From positions 71,189 to 135,188 of the forward strand of contig JAUYBE010000006.1 of the NCBI GenBank assembly GCA_030693235.1: a DNA stretch of 64,000 nt. Direction: 5' to 3'. Positions 18,400-28,668 of the stretch are shown here, piece by piece (the first letter of the stretch is position 1; each line of letters starts with the position of its first letter). The position numbers were made by a program, and so were the translations under genes. The DNA is from a bacterium (GTDB lineage Bacteria; Patescibacteriota; Minisyncoccia; UBA6257; UBA9933). The notes under the pieces were generated by a model. The model saw nothing but the letters and a program-made list of their open reading frames with translations. It ran no database searches and was not told where the DNA came from.

Positions 18400-19089
18400 G
18401 TGATTCAAGATCTAAATAAATTAGAGCAGAAACTCGGAACACAATTTAAAAATAAGGATTTTCTCAAGGAGGCCATTACTCATCGTTCTTATCTTAACGA
18501 AAATCCTTCTTGGGGCGTGCCCCATAATGAGCGCTTAGAATTTTTAGGAGACGCGGTTTTGGAATTGGCGGTAACGGAAAATCTTTTTAACCAGTTTCCG
18601 GATTTTTCCGAAGGACAATTGACGAGTTTGCGGGCGGCTTTGGTGAATTATCAAACAATGGCTAATGCGGCTCGCAATATAGATCTAGGAAATTTTATTT
18701 TATTGTCGCGAGGCGAAGCCAAGGATATCGGCCGGGCCCGGGAAGTGATTTTGGCCAACGCGATGGAGGCGTTAATTGGCGCGGTTTATTTGGACGCCGG
18801 ATACGCAAAGACAAAAGAATTAGTGGAAAAATTCGTTATTAATCTTTATTTGGAGCAGATTATCAAGAACAATCTTTATAAAGATCCAAAAAGTCATCTT
18901 CAGGAAATTGCTCAGGAAAAATTGAAACTGACTCCGACTTATCAATTGCTTGAAGAATGGGGTCCGGATCATAAGAAAATATTTAAGATGGGAGTTTTTT
19001 TTGGAGATAAATTAATTGCCCAAGGCGAGGGCTATTCCAAACAAGAGGCGGAAATCGAAGCGGCGAGGAACGCTCTGAAGAGTTTTTAG
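18400..19089 (+). CDS. rnc: Ribonuclease III (GTG start)
   Basis: RNase III signature ERLEFLGDAVLEL and a C-terminal dsRBD (QE...P.Y......GP.H...F). Confidence 0.9.
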   Translation: MIQDLNKLEQKLGTQFKNKDFLKEAITHRSYLNENPSWGVPHNERLEFLGDAVLELAVTENLFNQFPDFSEGQLTSLRAALVNYQTMANAARNIDLGNFILLSRGEAKDIGRAREVILANAMEALIGAVYLDAGYAKTKELVEKFVINLYLEQIIKNNLYKDPKSHLQEIAQEKLKLTPTYQLLEEWGPDHKKIFKMGVFFGDKLIAQGEGYSKQEAEIEAARNALKSF

Positions 19090-19159
19090 GTTTTAGTTTT
19101 TAGGTTTTAGATGAATTTTTTTCTAACACCCAACACCCAACACCTGACACCTAAATATT

Positions 19160-21412
19160 TTGTTTTTAAAATCATTAGAACTCAACGGTTTTAAATCTTT
19201 TGCCCAAAAGACGATTTTGGATTTTCCGGCCGGCATTACGGCGATCGTTGGGCCGAACGGCAGCGGCAAGTCGAATATCATTGACGCGATTCGCTGGCTT
19301 TTTGGCGAAAGAGAAGCGAAGAATTTAAGAAGCGCCAAAGCCGAAGATTTGATTTTTGGCGGCACGCCTTCCAAACCGAGAGTGGCGATGGCTTCCGCCG
19401 GCCTTCATTTTAATAATAATTCCGGTTTTTTTCCGGTTGATTTTAAAGAAGTTTCCGTTGTTCGCCGCGTTGGCCGGGACGGTTTTTCGCAATATTTTCT
19501 TAATAAAGCCGAAGTAAAACTCAAAGAAATAATCGATTTTTTCAGTCGTTCACGGCTTGGGACGAAAGGATTGACGGTTATCAATCAAGGCGAGGCAGAT
19601 TTATTCGTCAGGGCTTCAACCGAAGAGCGCCGAATAATGATTGAAGAAATCTTGGGTCTTAGAGAATATCAGATTAAAAAAACCGAAGCCGAACGCAAAT
19701 TAAAAAACACTTTTATTAATTTGGAAAAAGTCAGGGCGATGGTTGAAGAAGTAATTCCCCGGCTTCGAACGCTTAAGCGCCAAACCAATAAATGGGAGAA
19801 AAGAGCGGCAGTTCAAAAAGAATTGAACGATTTTGAAAATGAATATTTTTCCAGAAAATTAAATGAAATCAAAAACAGCCGAAAAGAATTTGAGCAGTTG
19901 CTTATTTCTTTGGAAAATCAAATTAAGGAGAGAGAGGGGGAATTGAAAATTTTGGAATCGGAGCTGAAAAAAGCGGAATTTCAGCCGCAAGAGCGTCAGG
20001 AAATCAATCCTTCGGCGTTGCTCAGGGTTGAGAAGCAAAAATTATTAACGGAACGTTTTTATATTCAAAAAGAATTGGGGCGAATTGAAGCGAAATTGGA
20101 ATTTTTGGCAATGCCTAAAATGTCAGACAGACCGGTTTTTGAAAATGCCTCCCTGCGGGAGGTCTCCCGTAGGGAGAAAGATTTACTTGATCTTATTAAT
20201 GAAACCAAAAAAATTCTCGGCGATTGTTTAATATGTTCGGATTTTGAAGATTTAAAAAAGACAATCAATGAATTGGCCGCGAAAATAGATAAGTTTTTGA
20301 GTTCCAAAAAAGAACCGGTTCTTTTGTCTCATAAGCCAATCGAGTCGAGTTTAAGGGATTTGGAAAACAGCAAAAATAATCTGGAAGCGAAATTAAATAT
20401 TATTGAAGCGGAATTTAAAAAATTTGAAGAGCAAGAAACGAAAATTACCGTTGGTTTGGAAGAGTTTAACAAGAAATTTCAAAAAGCTTTTGAATTGGTG
20501 GAATCGAAAAGAAAAGAATTGAGAGAATTGGACGGGAATAAAAACAGGATTCTTTTTGAAGGGGAAAAATCGAATTTGAAACTTCAAGATTTGGAAAATC
20601 AATTAAGTCAGATTGGGAAAACGACCAACGATCTACGACCAACGACTAACGATCAACGACTTACTGAGGTTGAGCTTGCTGAAATGGAGCGGAAGATGTT
20701 TAAATTAAGAACGGAATTGGCAGCTATCGGCGAGATTGATGAATCTCTGATAAAAGAAGCCCAAGAAGTTGAGGCGCATTATAATTTTTTGACAAATCAA
20801 TCGCAGGATTTGGAAAAAGCCATTATTGATTTAAAAAATCTTATTAAAGAATTGAGCGAAAAAATTCATTTTGAATTTAATGCTTCGCTTAAGTCCATTA
20901 ATGACGAGTTTAATAAATTTTTTAAATTGATGTTTGGCGGCGGAAACGCGAAGCTCAAAATAAAAAAACAAAAATTAAAAATAAAAAATATTGAAGATAT
21001 TGAAGACGGCGCTATCACGCGTGATAGTATTGAAAATTCTGGCGATAATGAAAATAACGATGAAATTCCGGTGGGCGTTGATATTGATCTTAATTTGCCG
21101 AAAAAAAGAATTACCAGTTTGGAAATGCTTTCCGGCGGGGAAAAAAGTTTGGTTTCAATCGCCGCGCTTTTCGCTTTGATTTCCATCAGCCCGCCGCCAT
21201 TTTTGGTTTTAGACGAGATTGACGCGGCTTTGGATGAAAATAATTCCGGAAGGTTTGCCGATTTAATTAAGGAATTTTCCAAGAAGACGCAATTTATCGT
21301 GGTTACTCATAACCGAGCGGTAATGGAAGTCGCCAACGCGTTATATGGAGTAACAGTAGGAGAGGATGGAACATCAAAAATACTTTCATTAAAACTTGAC
21401 ACTAAAAACTAA
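19160..21412 (+). CDS. smc: SMC-family chromosome segregation ATPase (short form, TTG start), with in-frame repeat insertions
   Basis: N-terminal Walker A GPNGSGKSNIIDAIRWLFGE. C-terminal signature LSGGEKSLVSIA and Walker B LVLDEIDAALD. Long coiled coils. Confidence 0.85.
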   Translation: MFLKSLELNGFKSFAQKTILDFPAGITAIVGPNGSGKSNIIDAIRWLFGEREAKNLRSAKAEDLIFGGTPSKPRVAMASAGLHFNNNSGFFPVDFKEVSVVRRVGRDGFSQYFLNKAEVKLKEIIDFFSRSRLGTKGLTVINQGEADLFVRASTEERRIMIEEILGLREYQIKKTEAERKLKNTFINLEKVRAMVEEVIPRLRTLKRQTNKWEKRAAVQKELNDFENEYFSRKLNEIKNSRKEFEQLLISLENQIKEREGELKILESELKKAEFQPQERQEINPSALLRVEKQKLLTERFYIQKELGRIEAKLEFLAMPKMSDRPVFENASLREVSRREKDLLDLINETKKILGDCLICSDFEDLKKTINELAAKIDKFLSSKKEPVLLSHKPIESSLRDLENSKNNLEAKLNIIEAEFKKFEEQETKITVGLEEFNKKFQKAFELVESKRKELRELDGNKNRILFEGEKSNLKLQDLENQLSQIGKTTNDLRPTTNDQRLTEVELAEMERKMFKLRTELAAIGEIDESLIKEAQEVEAHYNFLTNQSQDLEKAIIDLKNLIKELSEKIHFEFNASLKSINDEFNKFFKLMFGGGNAKLKIKKQKLKIKNIEDIEDGAITRDSIENSGDNENNDEIPVGVDIDLNLPKKRITSLEMLSGGEKSLVSIAALFALISISPPPFLVLDEIDAALDENNSGRFADLIKEFSKKTQFIVVTHNRAVMEVANALYGVTVGEDGTSKILSLKLDTKN

Positions 21413-21434
21413 AAGCCATAAACTAAACTTTGTT

Positions 21435-21719
21435 ATGTTAGCCATTAAATTAAAAAGAATCGGTAAAAAACATCAGCCGTCATATAGGATTGTCGTGGCG
21501 GAGAAGCGGTCAAAATTAAACGGCCGTTATGTTGAAGATCTCGGCTGGTTGAATCCCGGCGCCAATGAACTTAATATTAAAAAAGATCGGGCAGAGTATT
21601 GGCTGAAAGTTGGGGCTCAGCCGACCGACACGGTTCATAATTTACTGGTTAAATCTGGAGTGATTGACGGTCCGAAAAGACCGAAACACAGAACAAAAAA
21701 GGTCGAAAAAGAAAAGTAG
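21435..21719 (+). CDS. rpsP: Ribosomal protein bS16
   Basis: Sequence MLAIKLKRIGKKHQPSYRIVVAEKRSKLNGRYVEDLGWLNP matches S16. An internal ATG at 21435 was chosen over the track start at 21396. Confidence 0.85.
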   Translation: MLAIKLKRIGKKHQPSYRIVVAEKRSKLNGRYVEDLGWLNPGANELNIKKDRAEYWLKVGAQPTDTVHNLLVKSGVIDGPKRPKHRTKKVEKEK

Positions 21720-21736
21720 ATTTGTAAAATTAAGAC

Positions 21737-22045
21737 ATGACAGAAGCAAAAGATCAGGAATTTCTTGAATTTCTCATTAAGGCAATCGTTGACCATCCGG
21801 AAGACGTTACTGTTGATCGTAAAGTGGACGAGATGGGAGTTCTTCTTTCTTTAAAAGTCAATGCGTTGGATATGGGGCAGGTGGTTGGCAGGGGAGGCGC
21901 AACCGCTCAGTCAATCCGGTCGCTTTTAAGAATTGTCGGCATTAAAAATAATGCCCGAGTAAACTTAAAAATCGTTGAACCGGAAGGCGGAATCAGAGCG
22001 GACAGGGGATTGATGGATAAAGCGATTGACGATGTAAAGATATAA
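21737..22045 (+). CDS. KH-domain RNA-binding protein (KhpA/UPF0109-like)
   Basis: GxxG-type KH core VVGRGGATAQSIRSLL. It occupies the position of the KH protein in the rpsP-KH-rimM-trmD cluster. Confidence 0.75.
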   Translation: MTEAKDQEFLEFLIKAIVDHPEDVTVDRKVDEMGVLLSLKVNALDMGQVVGRGGATAQSIRSLLRIVGIKNNARVNLKIVEPEGGIRADRGLMDKAIDDVKI

Positions 22046-22092
22046 TATAGAAGCGGACAAGTCCGAAATTAAATCCATAAAGCCTCGACGAA

Positions 22093-22116
22093 AGTCGGGG
22101 TTTTTATGTTATAATA
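22093..22116 (+). terminator. Intrinsic terminator after the KH gene
   Basis: Hairpin cctcgac-gaaa-gtcgggg followed by a TTTTT tract. Confidence 0.55.
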
Positions 22117-22126
22117 AAAGATAGAT

Positions 22127-22861
22127 ATGAAGTTTGATATCATCACAATTTTCCCTGATATTTTTTCCGCCAAGGGCGGATCTTATTTAAACGAGTCAAT
22201 TTTAAAGCGCGCGCGGGCCAAAAAATTAATTCAAATTAAAATCCATAATTTACGGGATTTTGCCGTTGGCAGCAGACTTATGCAGACTGAACGCGGACTT
22301 ACGCAGAAAAATGGATATCGTAAAGTAGATGATAAACCTTACGGTGGGGGACCGGGAATGGTGCTCAAACTTGAACCGCTCGTAAAAGCGGTTTCAAGTT
22401 TGAAGTCAAAAGTCAAAAGTCAAAGGTCAAAGGTTATAATATTCACGCCGGCGGGAAAACAGTTTGACAATAAAATTGCAGGGCAGTTGGCAAAAAATTA
22501 CAATAATTTAATTTTAATTTGCGGCCGCTATGAAGGCATTGACGCTCGCTTAATGCCGGTTCTTAAAACTTTAAAACTTTCAACTTTAGAACTTTCTGTT
22601 GGTCCCTATGTTTTAACCGGAGGTGAATTGGCGTCAATGGTTTTAATAGACGCGGTTTCGCGGCAAATTCCCGGCGTTCTTGGCAAAGAAGAATCGCTTG
22701 AGGAAAAACGTTTCGGTATTGGCGCGCCGGCTTATACCCGGCCGGAAACGTTTGTTTATGGGAATAAGAAATATAAAGTCCCGAAAGTTTTACTTTCCGG
22801 CAATCATAAAAAAATAGAAGATTGGAGAAGGAAGAAATCCCTTGAGATTCTTACAAGTTAG
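22127..22861 (+). CDS. trmD: tRNA (guanine37-N1)-methyltransferase TrmD, with in-frame repeat insertions
   Basis: Sequence FDIITIFPDIF...ICGRYEGIDARL...LTGGELASMVLIDAVSR matches TrmD. Extra segments RLMQTERGLTQKNG and KSKVKSQRSKV coincide with DNA repeats. Confidence 0.85.
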   Translation: MKFDIITIFPDIFSAKGGSYLNESILKRARAKKLIQIKIHNLRDFAVGSRLMQTERGLTQKNGYRKVDDKPYGGGPGMVLKLEPLVKAVSSLKSKVKSQRSKVIIFTPAGKQFDNKIAGQLAKNYNNLILICGRYEGIDARLMPVLKTLKLSTLELSVGPYVLTGGELASMVLIDAVSRQIPGVLGKEESLEEKRFGIGAPAYTRPETFVYGNKKYKVPKVLLSGNHKKIEDWRRKKSLEILTS

Positions 22862-22880
22862 GTTATAATTAAACAAAGTA

Positions 22881-24137
<1,257 letters not shown>

Positions 24138-24289
24138 ACCAAAAAATCATTCATTGTATTTATAACGATTGTATTTACGGCGTTCATAATTAAGAAGACG
24201 ACGAGTTATTCCGCTATGACATGTCATAGCGCTATGCTATAGCATAGCGCCGCAGTTCTTGCTGTCATACGAGATAATTTGAATTTATA

Positions 24290-24378
24290 TGCCGTGGACA
24301 GTCTCATCGATGACGTCCGCATTTACAACCGGGCTTTATCTCCAGCCGAAATCTCTGCTATATATAACGCGACTAAAT
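24290..24378 (+). pseudogene. Orphan duplicate of the pilin LamG C-terminal coding end (...VDSLIDDVRIYNRALSPAEISAIYNATK*)
   Basis: About 75% identical at DNA level to 24055-24137. It has no start or upstream ORF and is preceded by palindromes. Confidence 0.55.
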
Positions 24379-24928
24379 AAAACCCCAAACCCTAAACTCT
24401 TACGACTATTGTCGGTGTTAAAGCGCTCTAACCGATTAGAGCGGTCGAGCTAACTCGACCGCTCTCCGCTATTGCGCTTAATACATCTATAATGCGCCTA
24501 AAAAGTTTAGTTGATTAATTGTAAATCAGCGGATTTTAACAGCTCGCCTGTTTTTATGAGCTGAGCCGTTAAAAAACCAATTTGAGATTGCTTCGCTTCG
24601 TTCGCAATGACAAAACGACAGTCGTCATTGTGAACCCCGCTAAGCGGGGCGCGGCAATCTTTATAGATTGCTTCGCCTTCGGCTCGCAATGACAGAATTG
24701 GATTGCCGCCATCTATAACGCGACAAAGTAGTAAAGCAAATAAAATAGTAAAGCGAATAGTAAATGAAAATCATTACAACATAGCGGTAGAGATTGCCGC
24801 GCTCCCTTCGGTCGCTCGCAATGACATCTCGGCTCGCAATGACAAAAGCATCAATCAGTATATGCGATAAGATTGCTTGGCATTAAGCTATTGACGATGG
24901 CAATAAAATTTGATATTTTTATTAAATT

Positions 24929-25711
24929 ATGGAAACACAAGATTTACAATCGTTCGGTGCGGCTCACGATTGCCCTGAGCCTGCCGAAGGGCAACAAGAA
25001 TCGGTTGTCGTTCCGGCAAGCGAAGCGGATTTAAAAATTGTCGGAGAAATGATGACGGTTGGTTTGATGTACGGTCATAAAAAATCCAAGACCAATCCGA
25101 AATTTAAACAGTATATTTTTGCCACCAGAAATGGGATTGAAATTATTGATTTAGCCCAAACTTTATCCGCTTTGGAATCGGCGGTTGAATTTCTTAAGAA
25201 TCAAATTAATAACAAGGGATTGGTTTTGGTGGTTGCCAGTCAGTCGGCGGCGAGAGAAGCTGTGGAAAATTTGGCGGGAAAATTCAATTTCGCCTATATT
25301 AATGATAGATGGGTCGGCGGTTTATTGACCAATTTCAAGGTTTTGTCTCAGCGAATTGAATATTTCAAAAAAGTCCAGTCCGGTCTTGAGAAAGGCGAAT
25401 TTGAAAAATACACGAAAAAAGAGCGATTAATGATTAATCGAAATATCCAACGGATGGAAAAAATGTTTTCCGGATTGAAAAATTTAATAAAATTGCCGGA
25501 CGCTATTTTAATGATAGACCCTTCATTAAAAGGTCATGTGGCGGCGGTTCGGGAAGCCAAAAGAATGGGAATTCCGTTAGTTGCCATTATTGACAGCGAT
25601 GATAACCCGGATTTGATTGATTATCCGATTCCGGCGAATGACCACGCGAAAATGAGCATTGATTGGATTGTTAATAAAATTTCTGAAAAATTATCAGACG
25701 CGCATGCTTAA
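24929..25711 (+). CDS. rpsB: Ribosomal protein uS2 (N-terminal extension or alternative start)
   Basis: Sequence MMTVGLMYGHKKSKTNPKFKQYIFATRNGIEIIDL...NDRWVGGLLTNF matches S2. About 40 extra N-terminal residues relative to typical S2. Confidence 0.85.
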   Translation: METQDLQSFGAAHDCPEPAEGQQESVVVPASEADLKIVGEMMTVGLMYGHKKSKTNPKFKQYIFATRNGIEIIDLAQTLSALESAVEFLKNQINNKGLVLVVASQSAAREAVENLAGKFNFAYINDRWVGGLLTNFKVLSQRIEYFKKVQSGLEKGEFEKYTKKERLMINRNIQRMEKMFSGLKNLIKLPDAILMIDPSLKGHVAAVREAKRMGIPLVAIIDSDDNPDLIDYPIPANDHAKMSIDWIVNKISEKLSDAHA

Positions 25712-26144
25712 CAATATTCAAAAACTTCGCGATATTACCGGCGCCGGCGTAATGGAATGTAAAAAGTCGTTGGAGGAAGCGAGCGGTGATTTTAATAAGG
25801 CGATAGCAATTATTCATAAACGAGGATTGGTAAAAGCCGAGAAAAAGAGCGAAAGAATAACCGGCGCCGGAATTTTGGAATCTTATATTCATAATGAGAG
25901 AGCGGGGGTTATGCTTGATCTTCGTTGCGAAACCGATTTTGTCGCTAAAAATCCCGCGTTTAAGGAATTGGCCCGCAATTTATCAATGCAAATCGTGGCG
26001 ATGAATCCGGCAAACATTGAGGATTTATTGCAACAAGAGTACATTAAAGATGAATCATTGACGGTGGAAAATTTCATTAAACAGACAATCGCGAAATTTG
26101 GGGAAAATATTCGAGTCGAGAGATTTTGTAGATACGAAATTTAG
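25704..26144 (+). CDS. tsf: Elongation factor Ts (short form)
   Basis: UBA-like sequence LRDITGAGVMECKKSLEEASGDFNKAI and dimerisation motif LDLRCETDFVAKN. Overlaps the rpsB stop. Confidence 0.85.
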   Translation: MLNNIQKLRDITGAGVMECKKSLEEASGDFNKAIAIIHKRGLVKAEKKSERITGAGILESYIHNERAGVMLDLRCETDFVAKNPAFKELARNLSMQIVAMNPANIEDLLQQEYIKDESLTVENFIKQTIAKFGENIRVERFCRYEI

Positions 26145-26490
26145 CATGCATCTTTTCATTCTTCAAATTATTTTAATGTTGAGCCTCGGAACAATGATTT
26201 ATCTGATTGCCCGGGCAGTGCCGCGGGTGAGCGATGAAGTGGCCGGCGAAATCATTAAAAAGCAGACTAAATTAGATCATTTATTTTCTTTTTTATGGAT
26301 TGAGAAAATAGATCCGTTATTGCATAATTTTTTGGAAAAATTTTTAAGAAAAATGAAACTTGTTTTGATGAAGCTTGATAATATCGCAAGTAATTATCTG
26401 AACAAAGTTAAAAAATACAAATCCGGCAATAGCGGCAAAAATGGAGAAGAAAAGCAGAATTTATTTGATTCAAATATTGATGATAAATAG
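26098..26490 (+). CDS. Hypothetical membrane protein
   Basis: ORF track entry. One TM helix FILQIILMLSLGTMIYLIA. Confidence 0.4.
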   Translation: MGKIFESRDFVDTKFSMHLFILQIILMLSLGTMIYLIARAVPRVSDEVAGEIIKKQTKLDHLFSFLWIEKIDPLLHNFLEKFLRKMKLVLMKLDNIASNYLNKVKKYKSGNSGKNGEEKQNLFDSNIDDK

Positions 26491-26573
26491 CGCAGGTGGC
26501 AGAGCGGCCAATTGCATCAGACTGTAAATCTGACGCCCTTTGGGCTACGGGGGTTCGAATCCCTCCCTGCGCA
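26490..26573 (+). tRNA. tRNA-Tyr (GTA), long variable arm
   Basis: Manual fold: acceptor gcgcagg/cctgcgc, anticodon loop ctGTAaa, extra arm present. Confidence 0.75.
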
Positions 26574-26583
26574 CACAGATTTG

Positions 26584-26655
26584 GCCAGCGTAGCTCAGTG
26601 GCAGAGCAACTGTTTTGTAAACAGTAGGTCGTCGGTTCAAATCCGACCGCTGGCT
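26584..26655 (+). tRNA. tRNA-Thr (TGT)
   Basis: Manual fold: acceptor gccagcg/cgctggc perfect, anticodon loop ttTGTaa. Confidence 0.8.
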
Positions 26656-26669
26656 CAAATGTCAACATT

Positions 26670-26741
26670 GCCAGAGTAGTTCAGTGGTAGAACGCAAACT
26701 TGGTAAGTTTGAAGTCGGGAGTTCAATTCTCCCCTCTGGCT
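26670..26741 (+). tRNA. tRNA-Thr (GGT)
   Basis: Manual fold: acceptor gccagag/ctctggc, anticodon stem caaac/gtttg, loop ttGGTaa. Confidence 0.75.
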
Positions 26742-26805
26742 CAAGCGGGTTGACCAAAAAATTTTATGGAGTAAAATTTTTAAATCGGTCAACGGGCGAA
26801 AATCC

Positions 26806-26877
26806 GGGCGTTTAGCTCAGTGGTAGAGCGTTTCGTTGACATCGAAAAGGTCGGAGGTCCGATCCCTCCAACGCCCA
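26806..26877 (+). tRNA. tRNA-Val (GAC)
   Basis: Manual fold: acceptor gggcgtt/aacgccc, anticodon loop ttGACat. Confidence 0.75.
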
Positions 26878-26880
26878 CAT

Positions 26881-27048
26881 ATGGCAAAATCAAAATTCAG
26901 CGAAAATTTAATAAAGATGAAATGCTCTGTTTGCAAACGGGCGAATTATTATACGCGAAAGAAAAAATCTCTAGAGCGGAAGTTGCAACTTTCTAAATAT
27001 TGCAAATGGTGCCGGAAGCATACCGTTCATAAGGAGGCGAAGAAATAA
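26881..27048 (+). CDS. rpmG: Ribosomal protein bL33
   Basis: Sequence MAKSKFSENLIKMKCSVCKRANYYTRKKKSLERKLQLSKYCKWCRKHTVHKEAKK, with C..C...C..C zinc-ribbon and the conserved L33 pattern. The internal ATG at 26881 of track ORF 26836.. was chosen. Confidence 0.85.
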   Translation: MAKSKFSENLIKMKCSVCKRANYYTRKKKSLERKLQLSKYCKWCRKHTVHKEAKK

Positions 27049-27055
27049 TTTCTTG

Positions 27056-27126
27056 GGGAGCTTAGTTAAGTGGCATAACTGTTGTCTCCAAAACAACGGT
27101 CGGGGGTTCGATTCCCTCAGCTCCCG
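27056..27126 (+). tRNA. tRNA-Trp (CCA)
   Basis: Manual fold: acceptor gggagct/agctccc perfect, anticodon loop ctCCAaa. It follows rpmG, the classical position. Confidence 0.8.
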
Positions 27127-27138
27127 CAAAAAATAAAA

Positions 27139-27172
27139 CCCGTTGATTTTTTTAAGATCAGCGGGTTTTTTG
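27139..27172 (+). terminator. Intrinsic terminator after tRNA-Trp
   Basis: Hairpin cccgttgat-(loop)-atcagcggg followed by TTTTTT. Confidence 0.6.
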
Positions 27173-27328
27173 TGATTAATTCATATTTCTGCTTACATCA
27201 CAGAAGTAGGCAGATTTGGCCAATTTCGTGGAAGTTTTTTCATCTCCACTTTAAAGCGGAGACTCTTCTTTTTCTCGGCCAATTCAAACGCTTCTTTTTC
27301 GGGAAGGATTTCCTTCCCTCTGTAATTT

Positions 27329-27520
27329 CTATTCTTTCTCCACTCCACTATCCACAACTTTGTTGGCATTATTCCTCCTGATTAATTGTTTCTGAAATCT
27401 TTTTCCAACCCGGCCAGCGATTTTTGTTTCTCTTTTTTCTGTCAGCGCTTTAATTGAAACCTTCGCTGTTTTTCCGCTACCTTCAAAATTATGAAGGTAT
27501 ACATATAATCTTTTCGCCAT
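27329..27520 (-). CDS. Hypothetical small basic protein (63 aa)
   Basis: ORF track entry. Lys/Arg-rich with no family assignable. An SD-like ggaggga lies upstream on the minus strand. Confidence 0.4.
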   Translation of the reverse strand: MAKRLYVYLHNFEGSGKTAKVSIKALTEKRETKIAGRVGKRFQKQLIRRNNANKVVDSGVEKE

Positions 27521-27599
27521 ACCTCCCTCCTTATTAAAAAATTAATGTTCTAAAAATTGGCAATTTAATCCAATTTTAGTTATAATATTAACTAAACTA

Positions 27600-28283
27600 A
27601 TGGATATTGTCAACCCCGAATACGAAAATTTAATAGATTCTCTAATAAGAGATGGTTATCTTAAGACGCCGGAAATTATTGAGGCGCTTAAAGCGATTGA
27701 CCGGGCGGATTTTGTGCCCGAAGAATATAAATCCGAGGCCTATGTCAACGCGCCTTTACCCATTGATTTTAATCAAACAATTTCTCAACCGTTGACCGTG
27801 GCGTTTATGCTGGAATTATTAGAGCCAAAGCCAGGCGAAAAAATTTTAGATATCGGCGCCGGCTCGGGCTGGGTCAGCGCTATTTTAGCGCAAATTGTCG
27901 GTAATCCGCCGGCTGGCGGAGGTAAGGTTGTGGCGATTGAACGGATTCCTGAATTAAAAGAAATGGCGGAGAAGAATATTTCCAAATATAATTTTTTTGA
28001 AAAGGGGATTGTTAAAATTATTTTGGGCGACGGCTTCAAAGGCTATAAAAAAGAAGCGCCTTATGATAAAATAATAGCGGCGGCGGCGGCAACAGGAGAT
28101 GTGCCGATTTATTGGAAAAGGCAGTTAAAAATTGGCGGTCGCATCGTAGCGCCGGTTGAAAACAGTATTATCATTATTGACAAAACCGGCAGAAACAAAT
28201 ATAATCAAAAGGAATATTTCGGATTTAGTTTCGTGCCGTTGATAACCAACGACCAACGACTAACAACTCAGACGCATAAGTAA
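27600..28283 (+). CDS. pcm: Protein-L-isoaspartate O-methyltransferase, with a C-terminal in-frame TTNDQR-type repeat
   Basis: Sequence TISQPLTVAFMLELL...ILDIGAGSGWVSAILA matches PCMT motifs I and pre-I. Confidence 0.8.
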   Translation: MDIVNPEYENLIDSLIRDGYLKTPEIIEALKAIDRADFVPEEYKSEAYVNAPLPIDFNQTISQPLTVAFMLELLEPKPGEKILDIGAGSGWVSAILAQIVGNPPAGGGKVVAIERIPELKEMAEKNISKYNFFEKGIVKIILGDGFKGYKKEAPYDKIIAAAAATGDVPIYWKRQLKIGGRIVAPVENSIIIIDKTGRNKYNQKEYFGFSFVPLITNDQRLTTQTHK

Positions 28284-28327
28284 AGACTCAAAAGGTCGGA
28301 ATAGAGAAGCTTATTACAATATTATTT

Positions 28328-28636
28328 ATGAAAACAATTTTACAAAAAAACATTATAAAAGATTTAGGTTTAGATAAATTATCGGAAAAAGAACAGGAAG
28401 AATCTTTGCTAAGTATCGGCAGAATTATTTTTCAGTCGGTTTTGATAAGGGTAATGGAAGAGTTGGACGAAGCGGGTAAAGATGAATTTGAAAAAATTTT
28501 AGAAGAGAAACCGAATGACGAAGAAGCGATTTTGAATTTCTTGCGCTCTAAATTGCCGAATTTAGACGAAATCGTTGACGAAGAGGTGGCAAAATTTAAG
28601 CAGGAAAGCGTCGGCTTTATGAATAAGATAAAATAA
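28328..28636 (+). CDS. Hypothetical acidic protein
   Basis: ORF track entry only. Confidence 0.35.
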   Translation: MKTILQKNIIKDLGLDKLSEKEQEESLLSIGRIIFQSVLIRVMEELDEAGKDEFEKILEEKPNDEEAILNFLRSKLPNLDEIVDEEVAKFKQESVGFMNKIK

Positions 28637-28668
28637 ATTAAACCTCATTAAAGGTAAATTGATAAACT

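Noticed and set aside
24420-24900. Non-coding block with many short repeats that looked like a possible CRISPR array
   Set aside because: The repeats are imperfect palindromes of the gtcattgcgag family, in both orientations, with irregular spacing. The same unit occurs dispersed inside genes elsewhere. There are no uniform repeat/spacer periodicities and no cas genes.
27082-27381. 99-aa plus-strand ORF after tRNA-Trp
   Set aside because: It begins inside the tRNA-Trp terminator hairpin and overlaps the minus-strand small basic ORF. No motif, so probably non-coding.
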